Assembly: GCA_001797275.1 (NCBI GenBank)
Contig: MGOY01000008.1
Coordinates: forward strand, 14,083 to 78,082
Direction of reading: 5' to 3'
Source: Clostridiales bacterium GWF2_38_85
Lineage (GTDB): Bacteria; Bacillota; Clostridia; Oscillospirales; CAG-382
DNA length: 64,000 nt
Position 1 is the first letter of the stretch. Each line of letters opens with the position of its first letter. Under the pieces are notes generated by a model, which was not told the DNA's origin, made no database searches, and worked only from the letters and a program-made list of their open reading frames with translations. Positions 37,954-49,053 of the stretch are shown in pieces. A program made the translations under genes and the position numbers.

Positions 37954-38067
37954 CTATCCCTGTTTTTGCTTGTGCTTTGGATTTTCGCAAATGACCATTA
38001 TTTTGCCTTTTCTTTTGATGATTTTGCACTTTTCGCAAATCTTTTTCACCGAAGGCTTAACTTTCAT
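37954..38067 (-). CDS. rpmJ: 50S ribosomal protein L36 (hand-called, 37 aa)
   Basis: [37 protein letters not shown], preceded by GGAGG. Confidence 0.95.
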   Translation of the reverse strand: MKVKPSVKKICEKCKIIKRKGKIMVICENPKHKQKQG

Positions 38068-38114
38068 AATCGTACCTCCATTAATCCTGCATTATTATTT
38101 CAAACGCTGTTTAA

Positions 38115-38333
38115 TTAAGTCCAACGCCATGTAATTCTTCCTTGATTAAGATCATACATCGAAACCTCAATGGTAACTCTGTCACCAGGGAGAATTTTAA
38201 TTGATTTCATACGCATTTTCCCTGATATATGCGCTGTTACAATATGACCGTTCGACAACTTTACTTTGAATATTGTGTTCGGGAGTACTTCTGTAACTAC
38301 GCCCTCAAATTCGATTACATCGTCTTTTGGCAA
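38115..38333 (-). CDS. infA: translation initiation factor IF-1
   Basis: [39 protein letters not shown]. Confidence 0.97.
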   Translation of the reverse strand: MPKDDVIEFEGVVTEVLPNTIFKVKLSNGHIVTAHISGKMRMKSIKILPGDRVTIEVSMYDLNQGRITWRWT

Positions 38334-38357
38334 TTATCGCTCACTCCTTCGCTTGTC

Positions 38358-38639
38358 TCACAATCTATCCTTCATATGAATTTCATATGAATTAATTTTT
38401 TCACGCAACTGCTTGTTTGTTATGTTTTCTTTAACATCAAGTGGTTGCAAAATGTCAATGTCTGCATCAACAATTACTTTGATATGCCGTAGCTTTTTCT
38501 TTTTAGGCTTTTCTATCCGCCTGTATTTGCCATCGGCAATTAAATAATAATTATTGTCGACTCTTGATACTACAACGAAGATTCTGCCATTGTCTCGCCC
38601 GGCGGTTGCTGTAATCAAACAGCCCAGAATATCATCCAT
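38358..38639 (-). CDS. KOW domain-containing RNA-binding protein (small, conserved between map and infA in Clostridia)
   Basis: ..ATAGRDNGRIFVVVS....YYLIADGKYRRIEKPKKKKLRHI. Start is uncertain (the ORF extends to 38669). Confidence 0.6.
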   Translation of the reverse strand: MDDILGCLITATAGRDNGRIFVVVSRVDNNYYLIADGKYRRIEKPKKKKLRHIKVIVDADIDILQPLDVKENITNKQLREKINSYEIHMKDRL

Positions 38640-38773
38640 TGTTTTGTTTAGACCTCCATAAATTAACACCTATACTTATCTCGATTAAAAACATAGATAA
38701 AATTCAAGGAAAAACTTTTGCTTTATGAGTTTTTTCGCAGAATTTTTTCGTAATGTTTTATGAGAGATTAGTA

Positions 38774-39535
38774 TTATAAACAACCCTCATCAGGTTCGGT
38801 AAGTATTATTGGTTCACCTTCTGTAATAGCAATCGTATGTTCATAATGAGCAGACAATTTCCCGTCTAATGTAATTATTGTCCACTTGTTATCTAAACAT
38901 CTGATATCCATTGTTCCCGTATTTACCATCGGTTCAATAGCAAAGGTCATACCGGGTATCAGTTTGATTCCTCTTCTTCCCATATCATAGTTGGGAACAT
39001 CAGGATTCTCATGGAGATTATGCCCGACACCATGCCCTATGAATTCTGTAACAACACTGTATCCTTCAGAAGTTGCAACCGACTCGACTGTTTTTGAAAC
39101 ATCATTCAATCTGTTATCTGCTCTCGCCATTTTTACAGCTTCGAAGAAGCTACGACGGGTAGTTTCAATCAAATGTTTTGCTTCATCGGAAATCGAGCCG
39201 ACTGCAAAAGTTGCGGCAGTATCTCCATGAAATCCTTTATAAAAAGCGCCGACATCAATCTTAACGATGTCACCTTCTTTTAAAATTCTATCAGAAGGTA
39301 TGCCATGAATAACCTGTTCATTTATACTGATACATGCTGAATTCGGAAACCCGTTGTAATTCAGGAACGAAGGCTTTGCACCGTGTCCTGTTATAAAGCT
39401 TCTGATTTTTGCATCTATGGTTAATGTACTAACACCCTCTTTGACAAGGCTTCCACCATATGCAAGTGCATTTCCGGCGATTTTCCCTGCTTCACGCATT
39501 AAAGCGATTTCGGAATTGTTCTTTAAATATACCAT
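38774..39535 (-). CDS. map: type I methionine aminopeptidase
   Basis: Motifs DIVKIDVGA, GHGVGHNLHE and FAIEPM. Confidence 0.95.
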   Translation of the reverse strand: MVYLKNNSEIALMREAGKIAGNALAYGGSLVKEGVSTLTIDAKIRSFITGHGAKPSFLNYNGFPNSACISINEQVIHGIPSDRILKEGDIVKIDVGAFYKGFHGDTAATFAVGSISDEAKHLIETTRRSFFEAVKMARADNRLNDVSKTVESVATSEGYSVVTEFIGHGVGHNLHENPDVPNYDMGRRGIKLIPGMTFAIEPMVNTGTMDIRCLDNKWTIITLDGKLSAHYEHTIAITEGEPIILTEPDEGCL

Positions 39536-39574
39536 TTCTGCCTCTTTTCAAAGCTCTGTTAAATTCATCTACGA

Positions 39575-40210
39575 CTATTTGATACCTAAGACTGCAAAGG
39601 TTGCTGCTGTGGTATCTTCTAATTTTTCCTTGCCTGTAACCGACTTTAAAAGTCCTTTATTTTTATAATAAACTTCAAGCGGTTCGGTCTCTTTGTGATA
39701 AACATCAAGTCTGCTCTTTACAACAGCGGGATCGTCGTCTTTTCTGATTGTAAGCACAGTACCACATTTGTCACATGACATATTGTCACGCGAAGGGATA
39801 TATTTAGTATGATATGATGCACCGCAGGCTGGGCATACACGGCGCCCACTCATTCGCTCAACAATTGTTTCATCTGAAAGTTCTATCGATACAACAATAT
39901 CAATTTTTGCTCTCATTTTGTCAAGAGCTTCAGCTTGGGGAATTGTTCTTGGAAATCCATCAAGAATGAAACCGTTTTTACAGTCATCCTTTGCAAGTCT
40001 TTCCTCAATAATTCCGATAACCACACTATCGGGAACAAGAGCACCGCTTTCGATATAGCTTTGTGCTTCCTTACCCATTTTTGTTTGGTTTTTTAATGCC
40101 TCTCTTATTATAGCGCCGGTTGAAATTGTCGGTATATTCAATTCTTTACTGACCAATTCCGCCTGTGTACCTTTGCCGGCACCGGGAGGGCCGAAAAATA
40201 TTATATTCAT
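39575..40210 (-). CDS. adk: adenylate kinase (zinc-lid type)
   Basis: GPPGAGKGTQ. The lid carries CPACGASYH...CDKCG. Confidence 0.96.
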   Translation of the reverse strand: MNIIFFGPPGAGKGTQAELVSKELNIPTISTGAIIREALKNQTKMGKEAQSYIESGALVPDSVVIGIIEERLAKDDCKNGFILDGFPRTIPQAEALDKMRAKIDIVVSIELSDETIVERMSGRRVCPACGASYHTKYIPSRDNMSCDKCGTVLTIRKDDDPAVVKSRLDVYHKETEPLEVYYKNKGLLKSVTGKEKLEDTTAATFAVLGIK

Positions 40211-40251
40211 AATGTTATATCCTTATCAATTATAGCAAATGAATTGCTACT

Positions 40252-41550
40252 TTATTCAAGGAAGCCTTTATAATGACGCATTGTCATCTGGCTTTCAATT
40301 TCACGAGTTGTTTCAAGAACAACACCGACTACGATAAGTATTGATGTTCCGCCGAATACAAATCCTGCCATGTTTCTATCAAATATTCTTATTAAGAATG
40401 GGAACACGGCAACAATTCCAAGGAATAATGCACCGATAAGTGTAACTCTGTTCAATACTTTAGTTATATAATCCGAAGTAGGTTTACCCGGACGATAACC
40501 GAGTATTGTACCGCCGTTCTTTTGAAGGTTATTTGCAACTTCAATTGGATTAAACGAAATAGTAAGGTAGAAGTAAGCAAATGCTATAATAAGAACGAAT
40601 GTTAATATCGGGTATAATGCTGAACTTGAAGAAAATAAATTTAAGAAATTTTTCCAGAAGCCATCACTGTTAGTCGGAAAAATTAATCCTAAAGTTGCCG
40701 GTAAAGCGACTATCGACTGAGCAAATATGATAGGCATAACGCCTGACATATTGAGCTTGATAGGCAGATGAGTGTTCATGCCGCCATATATCTTTCTGCC
40801 GACTTGCTTCTTTGCATACTGTACGGGAAGTCTTCTTTCACTGTTTGTCATGAATACTATAAAGTATATAGACAGTGCCATAACCGCTATGATGATCACA
40901 ACTGTTATTATACTTAACATATCATTCTTAATCATAGTGAAAGCAGAAAGAGCCATATTTGGTCCGCGGGATACGATATTCGCAAATAGTAATATTGATA
41001 TACCGTTACCGATACCATTATCATTGATTTTTTCAGCAAGCCACATGATAATAGCACTGCCAGCAATGAAGCATAAAATAATAACAAGAGCTGTAAACCA
41101 ACTAACATTTAAAAGTATAGGACCGTCTTCAGTTCCTCTGCTGAGAGTTACATAATAACCGATAGCCATGAAAGCACCTATAGCAATAGTGACAAATCTT
41201 GTTATTTGTGCGATTTTCTTTTGACCTTCAGGACCTGATTTTTGTAGTCTCTCAAGCGGTTCAATTGCAATTGTTAAGAGCTGCATTACGATTGAAGCCG
41301 TGATATACGGAGATACCGAAAGTGCAAAAAGAGTTGCTTGGGAGAAAGCATTACCGCTTAAAATATTAAAATATGAAAAGAGATCGCTTCCACCGGAGCT
41401 TGAACCAAATAATGCTGCTAACGCTTCACTGTCTACAAAAGGTACAGGGATTACTGCGCCGAGTCTGTATAGCAAAATGATGATTAATGTAAACATCAAT
41501 TTTGCTTTTAGGTCTGGGACCTTCCATGCATTCTTGAATGTTTGAAACAT
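40252..41550 (-). CDS. secY: preprotein translocase subunit SecY
   Basis: 10-TM protein at the canonical position between rplO and adk. Confidence 0.95.
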   Translation of the reverse strand: MFQTFKNAWKVPDLKAKLMFTLIIILLYRLGAVIPVPFVDSEALAALFGSSSGGSDLFSYFNILSGNAFSQATLFALSVSPYITASIVMQLLTIAIEPLERLQKSGPEGQKKIAQITRFVTIAIGAFMAIGYYVTLSRGTEDGPILLNVSWFTALVIILCFIAGSAIIMWLAEKINDNGIGNGISILLFANIVSRGPNMALSAFTMIKNDMLSIITVVIIIAVMALSIYFIVFMTNSERRLPVQYAKKQVGRKIYGGMNTHLPIKLNMSGVMPIIFAQSIVALPATLGLIFPTNSDGFWKNFLNLFSSSSALYPILTFVLIIAFAYFYLTISFNPIEVANNLQKNGGTILGYRPGKPTSDYITKVLNRVTLIGALFLGIVAVFPFLIRIFDRNMAGFVFGGTSILIVVGVVLETTREIESQMTMRHYKGFLE

Positions 41551-41991
41551 TTATATCACCTCAACCCTTCCGCCAGCTGCTTCGATTTTCTCTTTAGCTG
41601 TTGCTGAAAAGATCATAGCTTTGACGGTAAGCTTTTTAGTGATATCTCCTTTGCCGAGAACTTTTAATCCGTCATTCAATTTACCGATTATGCGATTTTC
41701 AAGTAAAACTTGAGCATCAACGACCGCGCCATCATTAAAACAATTGAGTTTTTCAAGATTAACAATTGAATAAATTTTTGAAAAGTGATTTGTGAATCCT
41801 CTTTTCGGAAGTCTTCTGTAAATAGGGAGCTGACCGCCTTCAAAGCCTGGTCTTACTCCACCGCCTGAACGGGCATTTTGACCTTTATGTCCGCGACCGG
41901 CAGTCTTACCATTGCCACTGCCGATTCCACGACCTTTACGATAGTTTTCTTTCGTTGAGCCTGCAGCCGGAGAAAGTTCATGGAGCTTCAT
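41551..41991 (-). CDS. rplO: 50S ribosomal protein L15
   Basis: [12 protein letters not shown]...[14 protein letters not shown]. Confidence 0.96.
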   Translation of the reverse strand: MKLHELSPAAGSTKENYRKGRGIGSGNGKTAGRGHKGQNARSGGGVRPGFEGGQLPIYRRLPKRGFTNHFSKIYSIVNLEKLNCFNDGAVVDAQVLLENRIIGKLNDGLKVLGKGDITKKLTVKAMIFSATAKEKIEAAGGRVEVI

Positions 41992-42012
41992 ATAATTACC
42001 TCCTGTTTTTTG

Positions 42013-42195
42013 TTATTCAGCCGCGTCTACCTTGACCAGATAAGAAATTTTGGTAAGTTTGCCTTCGACTTCGTTAGTCTTGCTGACTACTCTGCTGTCA
42101 CCGATTTTTCTTAATCCCAAGGAATTAGCTGTTTTGATATGTTTCCCATTTCGGCCGATAAGACTTTTTTCAAGTGTTACCTTTATCATTTCCAT
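42013..42195 (-). CDS. rpmD: 50S ribosomal protein L30
   Basis: MEMIKVTLEKSLIGRNGKHIKTANSLGLRKI. Trimmed from the ORF maximum of 42285, which overlaps rpsE. Confidence 0.93.
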   Translation of the reverse strand: MEMIKVTLEKSLIGRNGKHIKTANSLGLRKIGDSRVVSKTNEVEGKLTKISYLVKVDAAE

Positions 42196-42208
42196 CTTAT
42201 ATGACCTC

Positions 42209-42706
42209 CTATAAAATTTCTTCGACAGTTTTATCACGCATACGCGCAACCTGCTCTGCTGTTCGAAGAGACTTGAGTGCTTCAAAAGTAGCTTTTACTA
42301 CATTAATTTTGTTGGTTGAACGTAAGCATTTAGATCTTATGTCTTTTATGCCTGCCATCTCAATAACCGAACGAACTGTACCGCCTGCTATAATACCGGT
42401 ACCGGGTGCTGCAGGTTTTAGAAGAACTTTCCCTGCGCCAAACTCACCGATAATTTCATGGGGTATTGTTGTATTGACTATAGGTACTTCTATTAAATTC
42501 TTTTTTGCTTCCTCGATTGCTTTTCTGATTGCTTCGGGTGTTTCAGAAGATTTACCGATTCCGTATCCAACATGACCATTTCCATCGCCAACAACTACGA
42601 GAACTGATTGACGAGATATACGACCACCTTTAACTGTTTTGGATACACGCTTCGTATTGACGACATTTTCTTTTAGATCGAGAGTTGTGAAATCTATTTT
42701 TGTCAT
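42209..42706 (-). CDS. rpsE: 30S ribosomal protein S5
   Basis: Sequence pattern and operon position. Confidence 0.96.
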   Translation of the reverse strand: MTKIDFTTLDLKENVVNTKRVSKTVKGGRISRQSVLVVVGDGNGHVGYGIGKSSETPEAIRKAIEEAKKNLIEVPIVNTTIPHEIIGEFGAGKVLLKPAAPGTGIIAGGTVRSVIEMAGIKDIRSKCLRSTNKINVVKATFEALKSLRTAEQVARMRDKTVEEIL

Positions 42707-42718
42707 GATATCCCTCCG

Positions 42719-43078
42719 TTAAAATTTAAGGCCGCCAGCGCGTGCACCATCTGCTAAGCCCTTAACGCGACCGTGATATAAATAACCGCCTCTGTCAAAA
42801 ACAACATCAACGATTCCTTTTTCAATAGCGCGTTTTGCAACAAGCTCGCCGACTTTTGTTGCGCCTTCAATGTTGCCGCCGATCGCTTTGAGAGCATTTT
42901 CATAGCTGGAAGCTGACACCAAAGTAGATCCCGTTGTATCATTTATAATCTGCGCTTGGATATTGTCCAGAGAACGATATACGCAAAGACGCGGCTTTGA
43001 AGCTGTGCCTGTAATCTTTCCTCTGACTCTCTTATGCCTTTGTAAACGCTTCTGATTGCTATTCTTACGAGTAAACAT
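42719..43078 (-). CDS. rplR: 50S ribosomal protein L18
   Basis: [19 protein letters not shown] pattern. Confidence 0.96.
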   Translation of the reverse strand: MFTRKNSNQKRLQRHKRVRGKITGTASKPRLCVYRSLDNIQAQIINDTTGSTLVSASSYENALKAIGGNIEGATKVGELVAKRAIEKGIVDVVFDRGGYLYHGRVKGLADGARAGGLKF

Positions 43079-43096
43079 TGATAATCACTTCCTTCT

Positions 43097-43636
43097 TTAT
43101 TTGCCGGTCTTGCCGGATTTGCGTCTGATATGCTCATCTACATACTTAATACCTTTTCCAAGGTAGGGTTCAGGAGGTCTTTTCCCTCTTATCTCAGCTG
43201 AAAGCTGTCCAACCTTCTGTTTATCAGCGCCGCTGACAATAATCTTGTTGGGAGCCGGAACATCAATAGTGATGCCTGTTGGCTCATCAAATATAATGTT
43301 GTGTGAATAACCAAGGTTCAGAATGAGCTGTTTGCTCTGCTTCTGCGCTTTATAACCAACACCATTAATTTCGAGTTCTTTCTTAAAACCTTCTGTAACG
43401 CCTTTTACCATGTTTGCTGCCAGAGAGCGAGTCAAACCATGTAAAGATTTATTTACTTTTTCATCATTAGGACGAGAAACAGTCAAAACATTGTTTTCAA
43501 GTTTGAGCAGCATATTACTATGAAGCTGCTGACTTAACGAACCATTCGGTCCTTTAACAGTAAGATGATTGTTTTCGCCTATAGTAACAGTTATTCCTGT
43601 CGGAATCTGTATTGGCGCTCTGCCTATTCTTGACAT
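43097..43636 (-). CDS. rplF: 50S ribosomal protein L6
   Basis: MSRIGRAPIQIP.G..V pattern. Confidence 0.96.
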   Translation of the reverse strand: MSRIGRAPIQIPTGITVTIGENNHLTVKGPNGSLSQQLHSNMLLKLENNVLTVSRPNDEKVNKSLHGLTRSLAANMVKGVTEGFKKELEINGVGYKAQKQSKQLILNLGYSHNIIFDEPTGITIDVPAPNKIIVSGADKQKVGQLSAEIRGKRPPEPYLGKGIKYVDEHIRRKSGKTGK

Positions 43637-43649
43637 TTTACAATCCTCC

Positions 43650-44048
43650 TTACCATACGAATGCGAGTACTTCGCCGCCTATGTTTTCTGTTCTTGCTTT
43701 TCTGTCTGTCATAATACCCTTGGGGGTTGAAACAATAGCGATACCGAGACCGTTTCTTACTTTGGGAATTTCAGAACAACCTGCGTATATTCTGAGACCG
43801 GGTTTTGAAACTCTGCGGAGACCGCTTATGACACGGGTTTTACCAACACCGTATTTAAGGGTAACTCTGATTATATTTTGTTTGCCGTCTTCAACAATCG
43901 TATATGATTTTACATAGCCTTCATTCAAAAGAATATCAGCTATTGATTTTTTCAAATTGGAAGCCGGTATATCTACCGTTTCATGTTTTGCCGAATTAGC
44001 ATTTCTGATACGCGTAAGCATATCTGCTACAACATCGGTTATTTGCAT
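43650..44048 (-). CDS. rpsH: 30S ribosomal protein S8
   Basis: [13 protein letters not shown] pattern. Confidence 0.96.
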   Translation of the reverse strand: MQITDVVADMLTRIRNANSAKHETVDIPASNLKKSIADILLNEGYVKSYTIVEDGKQNIIRVTLKYGVGKTRVISGLRRVSKPGLRIYAGCSEIPKVRNGLGIAIVSTPKGIMTDRKARTENIGGEVLAFVW

Positions 44049-44074
44049 AATTCTGTCCTCCTTCTATCAAGCAA

Positions 44075-44260
44075 TTACCAGCTTGCTTTCTTAACACCCG
44101 GTATTTGTCCGCTATAAGCCAAATTTCTGAAGCAAATACGGCAAACTCCGAATTTGCGAAGGTACGCATGAGGGCGACCGCAAATTTTGCATCTGTTGTA
44201 CTCGCGAGTAGAGAATTTCTGCTTGCATTGCTGTTTCAGCACCATAGCTTTTTTTGCCAT
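44075..44260 (-). CDS. rpsN: 30S ribosomal protein S14, type Z (zinc-binding, 61 aa)
   Basis: [11 protein letters not shown]...[22 protein letters not shown]. Confidence 0.96.
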   Translation of the reverse strand: MAKKAMVLKQQCKQKFSTREYNRCKICGRPHAYLRKFGVCRICFRNLAYSGQIPGVKKASW

Positions 44261-44273
44261 TTTTCAATCCTCC

Positions 44274-44816
44274 TTATTCTTTGGCGAACGGCGCACCCAT
44301 CAATTTTAAAAGCTCTCTTGCTTCTTCATCATTGACGGCGGTCGTAGTAAACGAAATATCCATGCCTCTTATTTTGTCAACTTTTTCGTATTCGATTTCA
44401 GAAAAAATAAGTTGCTCTTTAAGTCCCATGTTATAATTACCGCGACCATCAAAAGAGTTAGGATTTATACCTTTAAAGTCTCTGACTCTTGCTAAAGAAA
44501 CATTGAAGAGCCTATCAACGAATTCATACATTCTTTCGCCGCGTAATGTAACCTTTACACCGATCTTTGAGCCTTCACGAAGCTTGAAGTTTGAAACTGA
44601 TTTCTTTGCTATGGTTGCAACTGGCTTCTGACCGGTTATTGCAGAGATATCAGCGATTATCGAATCAATGATTTTTGAGTCGTCTTTTGCTGCGCCGGAA
44701 CCAATATTGATAACAACTTTTTCAAGCTTTGGTATCTGCATCGGGCTCTTGTAGTTGAATTTGCTCATCAGTGCGGGAGCAATATCTTTTTTATACATTT
44801 CTGCAAGTCTTGACAT
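44274..44816 (-). CDS. rplE: 50S ribosomal protein L5
   Basis: Sequence pattern and operon position. Confidence 0.96.
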   Translation of the reverse strand: MSRLAEMYKKDIAPALMSKFNYKSPMQIPKLEKVVINIGSGAAKDDSKIIDSIIADISAITGQKPVATIAKKSVSNFKLREGSKIGVKVTLRGERMYEFVDRLFNVSLARVRDFKGINPNSFDGRGNYNMGLKEQLIFSEIEYEKVDKIRGMDISFTTTAVNDEEARELLKLMGAPFAKE

Positions 44817-44834
44817 TATTATTCACCCTCACCT

Positions 44835-45221
44835 TTACAAAATCTCGCCGCATTTAACACATTTGCGGACTTTTTGACCGGATTCATTGACAACAGTTTT
44901 TGTTCTTCGTCCGGTATCACACTTTGGGCAATAAAGCATAACCTTGCATGCATACATAGCACCTTCGGTATCTATTATTCCACCGGGATCGCCCTGTTTT
45001 CTGGGTTTAACATGCTTGTGAACTATGTTTATACCTTCAATGATTACCTTACCTTCTTCAGGAGAAGTTGCGATAACTTTACCTATAGCTCTGCTCTTTT
45101 TATTATCTTTAACTTCATTTTTAATTTCTTTTTCGACTTTTTCTTTTTTCTCTATGAATTTTGCACCACCTGATACTACTATAACAGTATCACCGGTTTT
45201 TATATGCAGTTTTTTATTCAT
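44835..45221 (-). CDS. rplX: 50S ribosomal protein L24 (with a K/E-rich insertion and a Cys4 C-terminus)
   Basis: KTGDTVIVVSG...GINIVHKHVKP...VMLYCPKCD...KCVKCGE. 128 aa. Confidence 0.93.
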   Translation of the reverse strand: MNKKLHIKTGDTVIVVSGGAKFIEKKEKVEKEIKNEVKDNKKSRAIGKVIATSPEEGKVIIEGINIVHKHVKPRKQGDPGGIIDTEGAMYACKVMLYCPKCDTGRRTKTVVNESGQKVRKCVKCGEIL

Positions 45222-45234
45222 TATCTATCCTCCA

Positions 45235-45603
45235 TCAAAGAACTTCGGGAGCAAGGGATAATATCTTCATATAATCCTTTTCGCGGAGCTCTCTTGCGAC
45301 AGGCCCAAATATACGGGTGCCTCTCGGGTTTTTATCATCTTTAATTAAAACTGCAGCATTCTCGTCGAATTTAATGTATGAACCATCGGTTCTGCGAATT
45401 CCGCTAACTGTTCTGACAATTACTGCTTTAACGACTTCGCCTTTCTTAACAACACCACCGGGTGTTGCTTTCTTAACCGATGCTACAACTACATCACCGA
45501 TATTAGCATATCTTCTGCCCGTACCGCCTAAAACGCGAATGCACATCAGCTCTTTTGCGCCGGTATTATCGGCGACCTTCATAAATGATTGTTGCTGTAT
45601 CAT
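45235..45603 (-). CDS. rplN: 50S ribosomal protein L14
   Basis: N-terminus [27 protein letters not shown]. Confidence 0.97.
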   Translation of the reverse strand: MIQQQSFMKVADNTGAKELMCIRVLGGTGRRYANIGDVVVASVKKATPGGVVKKGEVVKAVIVRTVSGIRRTDGSYIKFDENAAVLIKDDKNPRGTRIFGPVARELREKDYMKILSLAPEVL

Positions 45604-45626
45604 TGTGAATCCTCCTTTTCAGCGGC

Positions 45627-45890
45627 TTATTTAGCCTTTTTGATAATTTCTACAAGTCTCCAGTTTTTATCTTTTGACAATGGACGAGTTTCCATTATTA
45701 CTACTTTATCGCCAATTTCACATTCATTATTCTCGTCATGCGCCTTAAATTTAACTGTGCGCTTTATAATTTTCTTATATAAAGGATGTGTAATGCTGTC
45801 TTGGATAGCTACGACTATGGTTTTGTCCATTTTGTTGCTGACAACAAGACCTGTTCTTGTTTTTCTCAGAGTTCTATTTTCGCTGTTCAT
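45627..45890 (-). CDS. rpsQ: 30S ribosomal protein S17
   Basis: [19 protein letters not shown] pattern. Confidence 0.96.
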   Translation of the reverse strand: MNSENRTLRKTRTGLVVSNKMDKTIVVAIQDSITHPLYKKIIKRTVKFKAHDENNECEIGDKVVIMETRPLSKDKNWRLVEIIKKAK

Positions 45891-45907
45891 AGTATTTTCC
45901 TTTCACA

Positions 45908-46126
45908 TCACTGAGCTTTGTTCTGAATTTCCTTCTCACGAAGGACAGTCAGAACTCTTGCGATGTTCTTCTTGGTCTCGACGATAGTAATAGGATTGTC
46001 GAGCTGTTTGATGGAGTGTTGGAAACGAAGTCTGAAAAGTTCCTTCTTTAAGCTTTCAAGGTCATTTGTAAGCTCAGCAGGAGTCTTTTGTCTAAGTTCT
46101 TTATTTTTTTCTTTCAAGTTAGCCAT
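45908..46126 (-). CDS. rpmC: 50S ribosomal protein L29
   Basis: MANLKEKNKELRQKTPAELTNDLESLKKELFRLRFQ. Trimmed from the ORF maximum of 46162. Confidence 0.94.
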   Translation of the reverse strand: MANLKEKNKELRQKTPAELTNDLESLKKELFRLRFQHSIKQLDNPITIVETKKNIARVLTVLREKEIQNKAQ

Positions 46127-46127
46127 A

Positions 46128-46553
46128 TTAACCCTCCTGTTCAAGCTCTGCTTTTGTAGCAAACCTACATTTTATAGGTAACTTATGTGCAGCCAGACGC
46201 ATAGCTTCTCTTGCAGATTCTTCGGGAATACCATCCATCTCAAATAAAACTCTACCCGGTTTTACAACCGCTACCCAATACTCAGGGCTTCCTTTACCGG
46301 AACCCATTCGTGTTTCCGCAGGTTTTTCAGTGATAGGTTTATCCGGGAAAATATCAATCCAAACCTGACCGCCTCTTTTTATATAACGTGTCATAGCAAC
46401 ACGTGCCGCTTCAATCTGATTGCTTGTGATCCACGAAGGCTCTAAAGCAATGAGACCGAATGATCCATATGCAATTTTGATCCCGCGTGATGCTTTGCCT
46501 TTTAAACGACCTCTGTGTACACGTCTGTACTTTTCTCTTTTTGGCATTAACAT
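46128..46553 (-). CDS. rplP: 50S ribosomal protein L16
   Basis: N-terminus [19 protein letters not shown]. Confidence 0.97.
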   Translation of the reverse strand: MLMPKREKYRRVHRGRLKGKASRGIKIAYGSFGLIALEPSWITSNQIEAARVAMTRYIKRGGQVWIDIFPDKPITEKPAETRMGSGKGSPEYWVAVVKPGRVLFEMDGIPEESAREAMRLAAHKLPIKCRFATKAELEQEG

Positions 46554-47218
46554 TATTTTTTACCTCCTTCTACGAAGGCACGCTTTGTATCATTAAGAAC
46601 TTCACCTTTGTAAATCCAAACTTTGATACCGATCTTGCCATATGTTGTATTTGCTTCTGCAAAACCATAGTCAATATCTGCTCTCAAAGTCTGAAGCGGA
46701 ATAGTTCCTTCGTGATAATGCTCGCTTCTTGCGATTTCAGCACCGCCGAGACGGCCTGCAACCATTATTTTAATACCCTTTGCGCCAAGTTTCATCGTTC
46801 TTCCAATTGATTGCTTCATAGCACGTCTAAAGGATATACGCTTTACAAGCTGAGCAGCGATATTTTCTGCAACAAGCTGCGATGATAAATCCGGCTGTTT
46901 AATTTCTATAACACTTACACTTGCTGATGTGCCTGTAAATGCTTCGATTTCTTCTTTAAGTTTATCAATATTTGCGCCGCCTCTGCCGATTATTATACCG
47001 GGTTTAGCACAATGAATGATAACCTTGATACGCGAATTGTCGCGTTCAATTTCTATCTTTGGAACTCCTGCCTGCTTTAACTTTTCTCTAAGATAAGTTC
47101 TGAGCTTATAGTCGGCAACGAGAGTATCACCGAAAACTTCGTCCTTAACGAACCAACGGGAATCCCAATCTTTGATTACGCCCACTCTCAGTCCGTGGGG
47201 GTTTACTTTTTGACCCAT
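46553..47218 (-). CDS. rpsC: 30S ribosomal protein S3
   Basis: N-terminus [23 protein letters not shown]. Confidence 0.97.
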   Translation of the reverse strand: MGQKVNPHGLRVGVIKDWDSRWFVKDEVFGDTLVADYKLRTYLREKLKQAGVPKIEIERDNSRIKVIIHCAKPGIIIGRGGANIDKLKEEIEAFTGTSASVSVIEIKQPDLSSQLVAENIAAQLVKRISFRRAMKQSIGRTMKLGAKGIKIMVAGRLGGAEIARSEHYHEGTIPLQTLRADIDYGFAEANTTYGKIGIKVWIYKGEVLNDTKRAFVEGGKK

Positions 47219-47236
47219 ACTATTCGTTAGCCTCCT

Positions 47237-47578
47237 TTATTCTCTTTCCTTTAACGCAATGGTGACATGAGAGGTGCGTTTTATTATTGTATCTGCACTA
47301 CCCTTTGCTCTCGGCATCATACGTTTCTGATTCTTTAACATGCCAGGTGTTACAAAGCACTCAGATACATAAAGTTTGTCGGTATTCATCTGGAAATTAT
47401 GTTCTGCATTCGCTACAGCAGATTTGAGTAGTTTACTTAAACTCTCACAAGCTATTTTATTTGTATTCTTTAATATTCCCGCAGCTAATGCTGCATCTTT
47501 GCCTCTTATCAAATCAAGCACGATTTTGACCTTACGAGGTGAAATTCTGACTTGTTTTAAATAAGCTCTTGATTCCAT
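47237..47578 (-). CDS. rplV: 50S ribosomal protein L22
   Basis: Sequence pattern and operon position. Confidence 0.96.
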   Translation of the reverse strand: MESRAYLKQVRISPRKVKIVLDLIRGKDAALAAGILKNTNKIACESLSKLLKSAVANAEHNFQMNTDKLYVSECFVTPGMLKNQKRMMPRAKGSADTIIKRTSHVTIALKERE

Positions 47579-47606
47579 TTAAATTTTCCTCCTTTCAGTC
47601 TACGCG

Positions 47607-47885
47607 CTATTTCGTGTTTGTAGTTTTTGAACCGGAATGACCTCTGAATGTTCGCGTTGGAGCGAATTCACCAAACTTATGTCCAACCATATCCTCAACC
47701 ACATACACCGGTACATGTTTTCTACCATCATGAACCGCTATCGTATGACCTACGAATTCCGGGAATATCGTGGAAGATCTCGACCATGTCTTTATAACAC
47801 GCTTTTCACCTTTTTTATTCATATCAGTAATGCGTTTATAGAGCTTAGGCTCAACGAATGGTCCTTTTTTTACGCTTCTGCTCAT
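47607..47885 (-). CDS. rpsS: 30S ribosomal protein S19
   Basis: [11 protein letters not shown]...[13 protein letters not shown]. Confidence 0.97.
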   Translation of the reverse strand: MSRSVKKGPFVEPKLYKRITDMNKKGEKRVIKTWSRSSTIFPEFVGHTIAVHDGRKHVPVYVVEDMVGHKFGEFAPTRTFRGHSGSKTTNTK

Positions 47886-47910
47886 TAGTTATTGTCCTCC
47901 TTTCAATCCC

Positions 47911-48741
47911 CTACTTATCATTCTTGCGCTTAACAATAAATTTATTTGTACGCGCTTTCTTATTACGAGTCTTATAACCCATTGTCGGTTTACCCCAAGG
48001 TGTAACCGGTGTAGGTCTGCCAATTGGAGATTTACCTTCGCCACCACCGTGTGGATGGTCTACAGGGTTCATTGCAGAACCTCTCACTGAAGGTCTTATA
48101 CCGAGATGACGAGATTTACCTGCTTTACCGAGTTTTATGTTTTCATGCTCAAGATTACCGACTTGACCTATTGTTGCAACGCAGTCAAGACGGATAAATC
48201 TTACTTCGCCCGAGGGAAGTCTTACCTGAGCCATGCCATTTTCTTTAGCCATAAGCTGAGCTGCTGCGCCTGCCGAACGGACAAGCTGAGAACCTCTGCC
48301 AGGATAAAGCTCGATGTTGTTTATGATTGTACCGACCGGAATTGCTGATATCGGAAGTGTATTGCCAGGTTTGATATCTGCAGATGCACCGGAATAAATA
48401 ACATCGCCGACCTTTAAACCAACAGGAGCAATTATATAGTTCTTTACACCTGCTTCATTTTGAAGAAGTGCGATATAAGCAGTTCTATTGGGATCGTATT
48501 CTATAGCTATTACTGTGTTCGGTATATCACTGTTACGTCTAAAATCAATGATTCTATACTTCTGTTTATTGCCGCCGCCTTGATGACGAACGGTTATTTT
48601 ACCGGTATTGTTACGACCTGCATTCTTTTTAAGAATATGAACAAGACTTTTTTCAGGGATCTTCTTCGTTATCTCTTCAAAAGAAGCAACAGTCATATGA
48701 CGCCTTGAGGGCGTAGTCGGTCTAAAGCTTTTCGTTGCCAT
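47911..48741 (-). CDS. rplB: 50S ribosomal protein L2
   Basis: ..[20 protein letters not shown] pattern. Confidence 0.97.
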   Translation of the reverse strand: MATKSFRPTTPSRRHMTVASFEEITKKIPEKSLVHILKKNAGRNNTGKITVRHQGGGNKQKYRIIDFRRNSDIPNTVIAIEYDPNRTAYIALLQNEAGVKNYIIAPVGLKVGDVIYSGASADIKPGNTLPISAIPVGTIINNIELYPGRGSQLVRSAGAAAQLMAKENGMAQVRLPSGEVRFIRLDCVATIGQVGNLEHENIKLGKAGKSRHLGIRPSVRGSAMNPVDHPHGGGEGKSPIGRPTPVTPWGKPTMGYKTRNKKARTNKFIVKRKNDK

Positions 48742-48759
48742 TAGTGTCGCTCCTTTCGA

Positions 48760-49053
48760 TTACATCAAGCTATCGAAGAATTCAATTGTTTTAGAACCGG
48801 GGGTAAGCTTAACTATTGCTTTCTTCCATTCGCTTGTTGTTCCTTCATGATATCCAACCCTTTTAGGTTTGCTTTTCATGCTAACGGTTGTTACCTTTTC
48901 GACTGTGACACCGAAAATTTCTTCTACCGCTTTTTTTATTTCAATTTTATTTGAATTGGATGCAACTCTGAATGTATATTTCTTCTGTTGCATTCCATCC
49001 ATTGCCTTTTCACTGATAACCGGCTTTATAATAATATCGTAAGCATTACGCAT
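48760..49053 (-). CDS. rplW: 50S ribosomal protein L23
   Basis: Sequence pattern and operon position. Confidence 0.95.
   Translation of the reverse strand: MRNAYDIIIKPVISEKAMDGMQQKKYTFRVASNSNKIEIKKAVEEIFGVTVEKVTTVSMKSKPKRVGYHEGTTSEWKKAIVKLTPGSKTIEFFDSLM

Noticed and set aside
44835-45221. Cys4 zinc-ribbon-like C-terminus of L24 as a novelty
   Set aside because: From memory, similar CxxC...CxxC C-termini occur in other clostridial L24 proteins. Only the K/E-rich insertion was kept as a minor observation.
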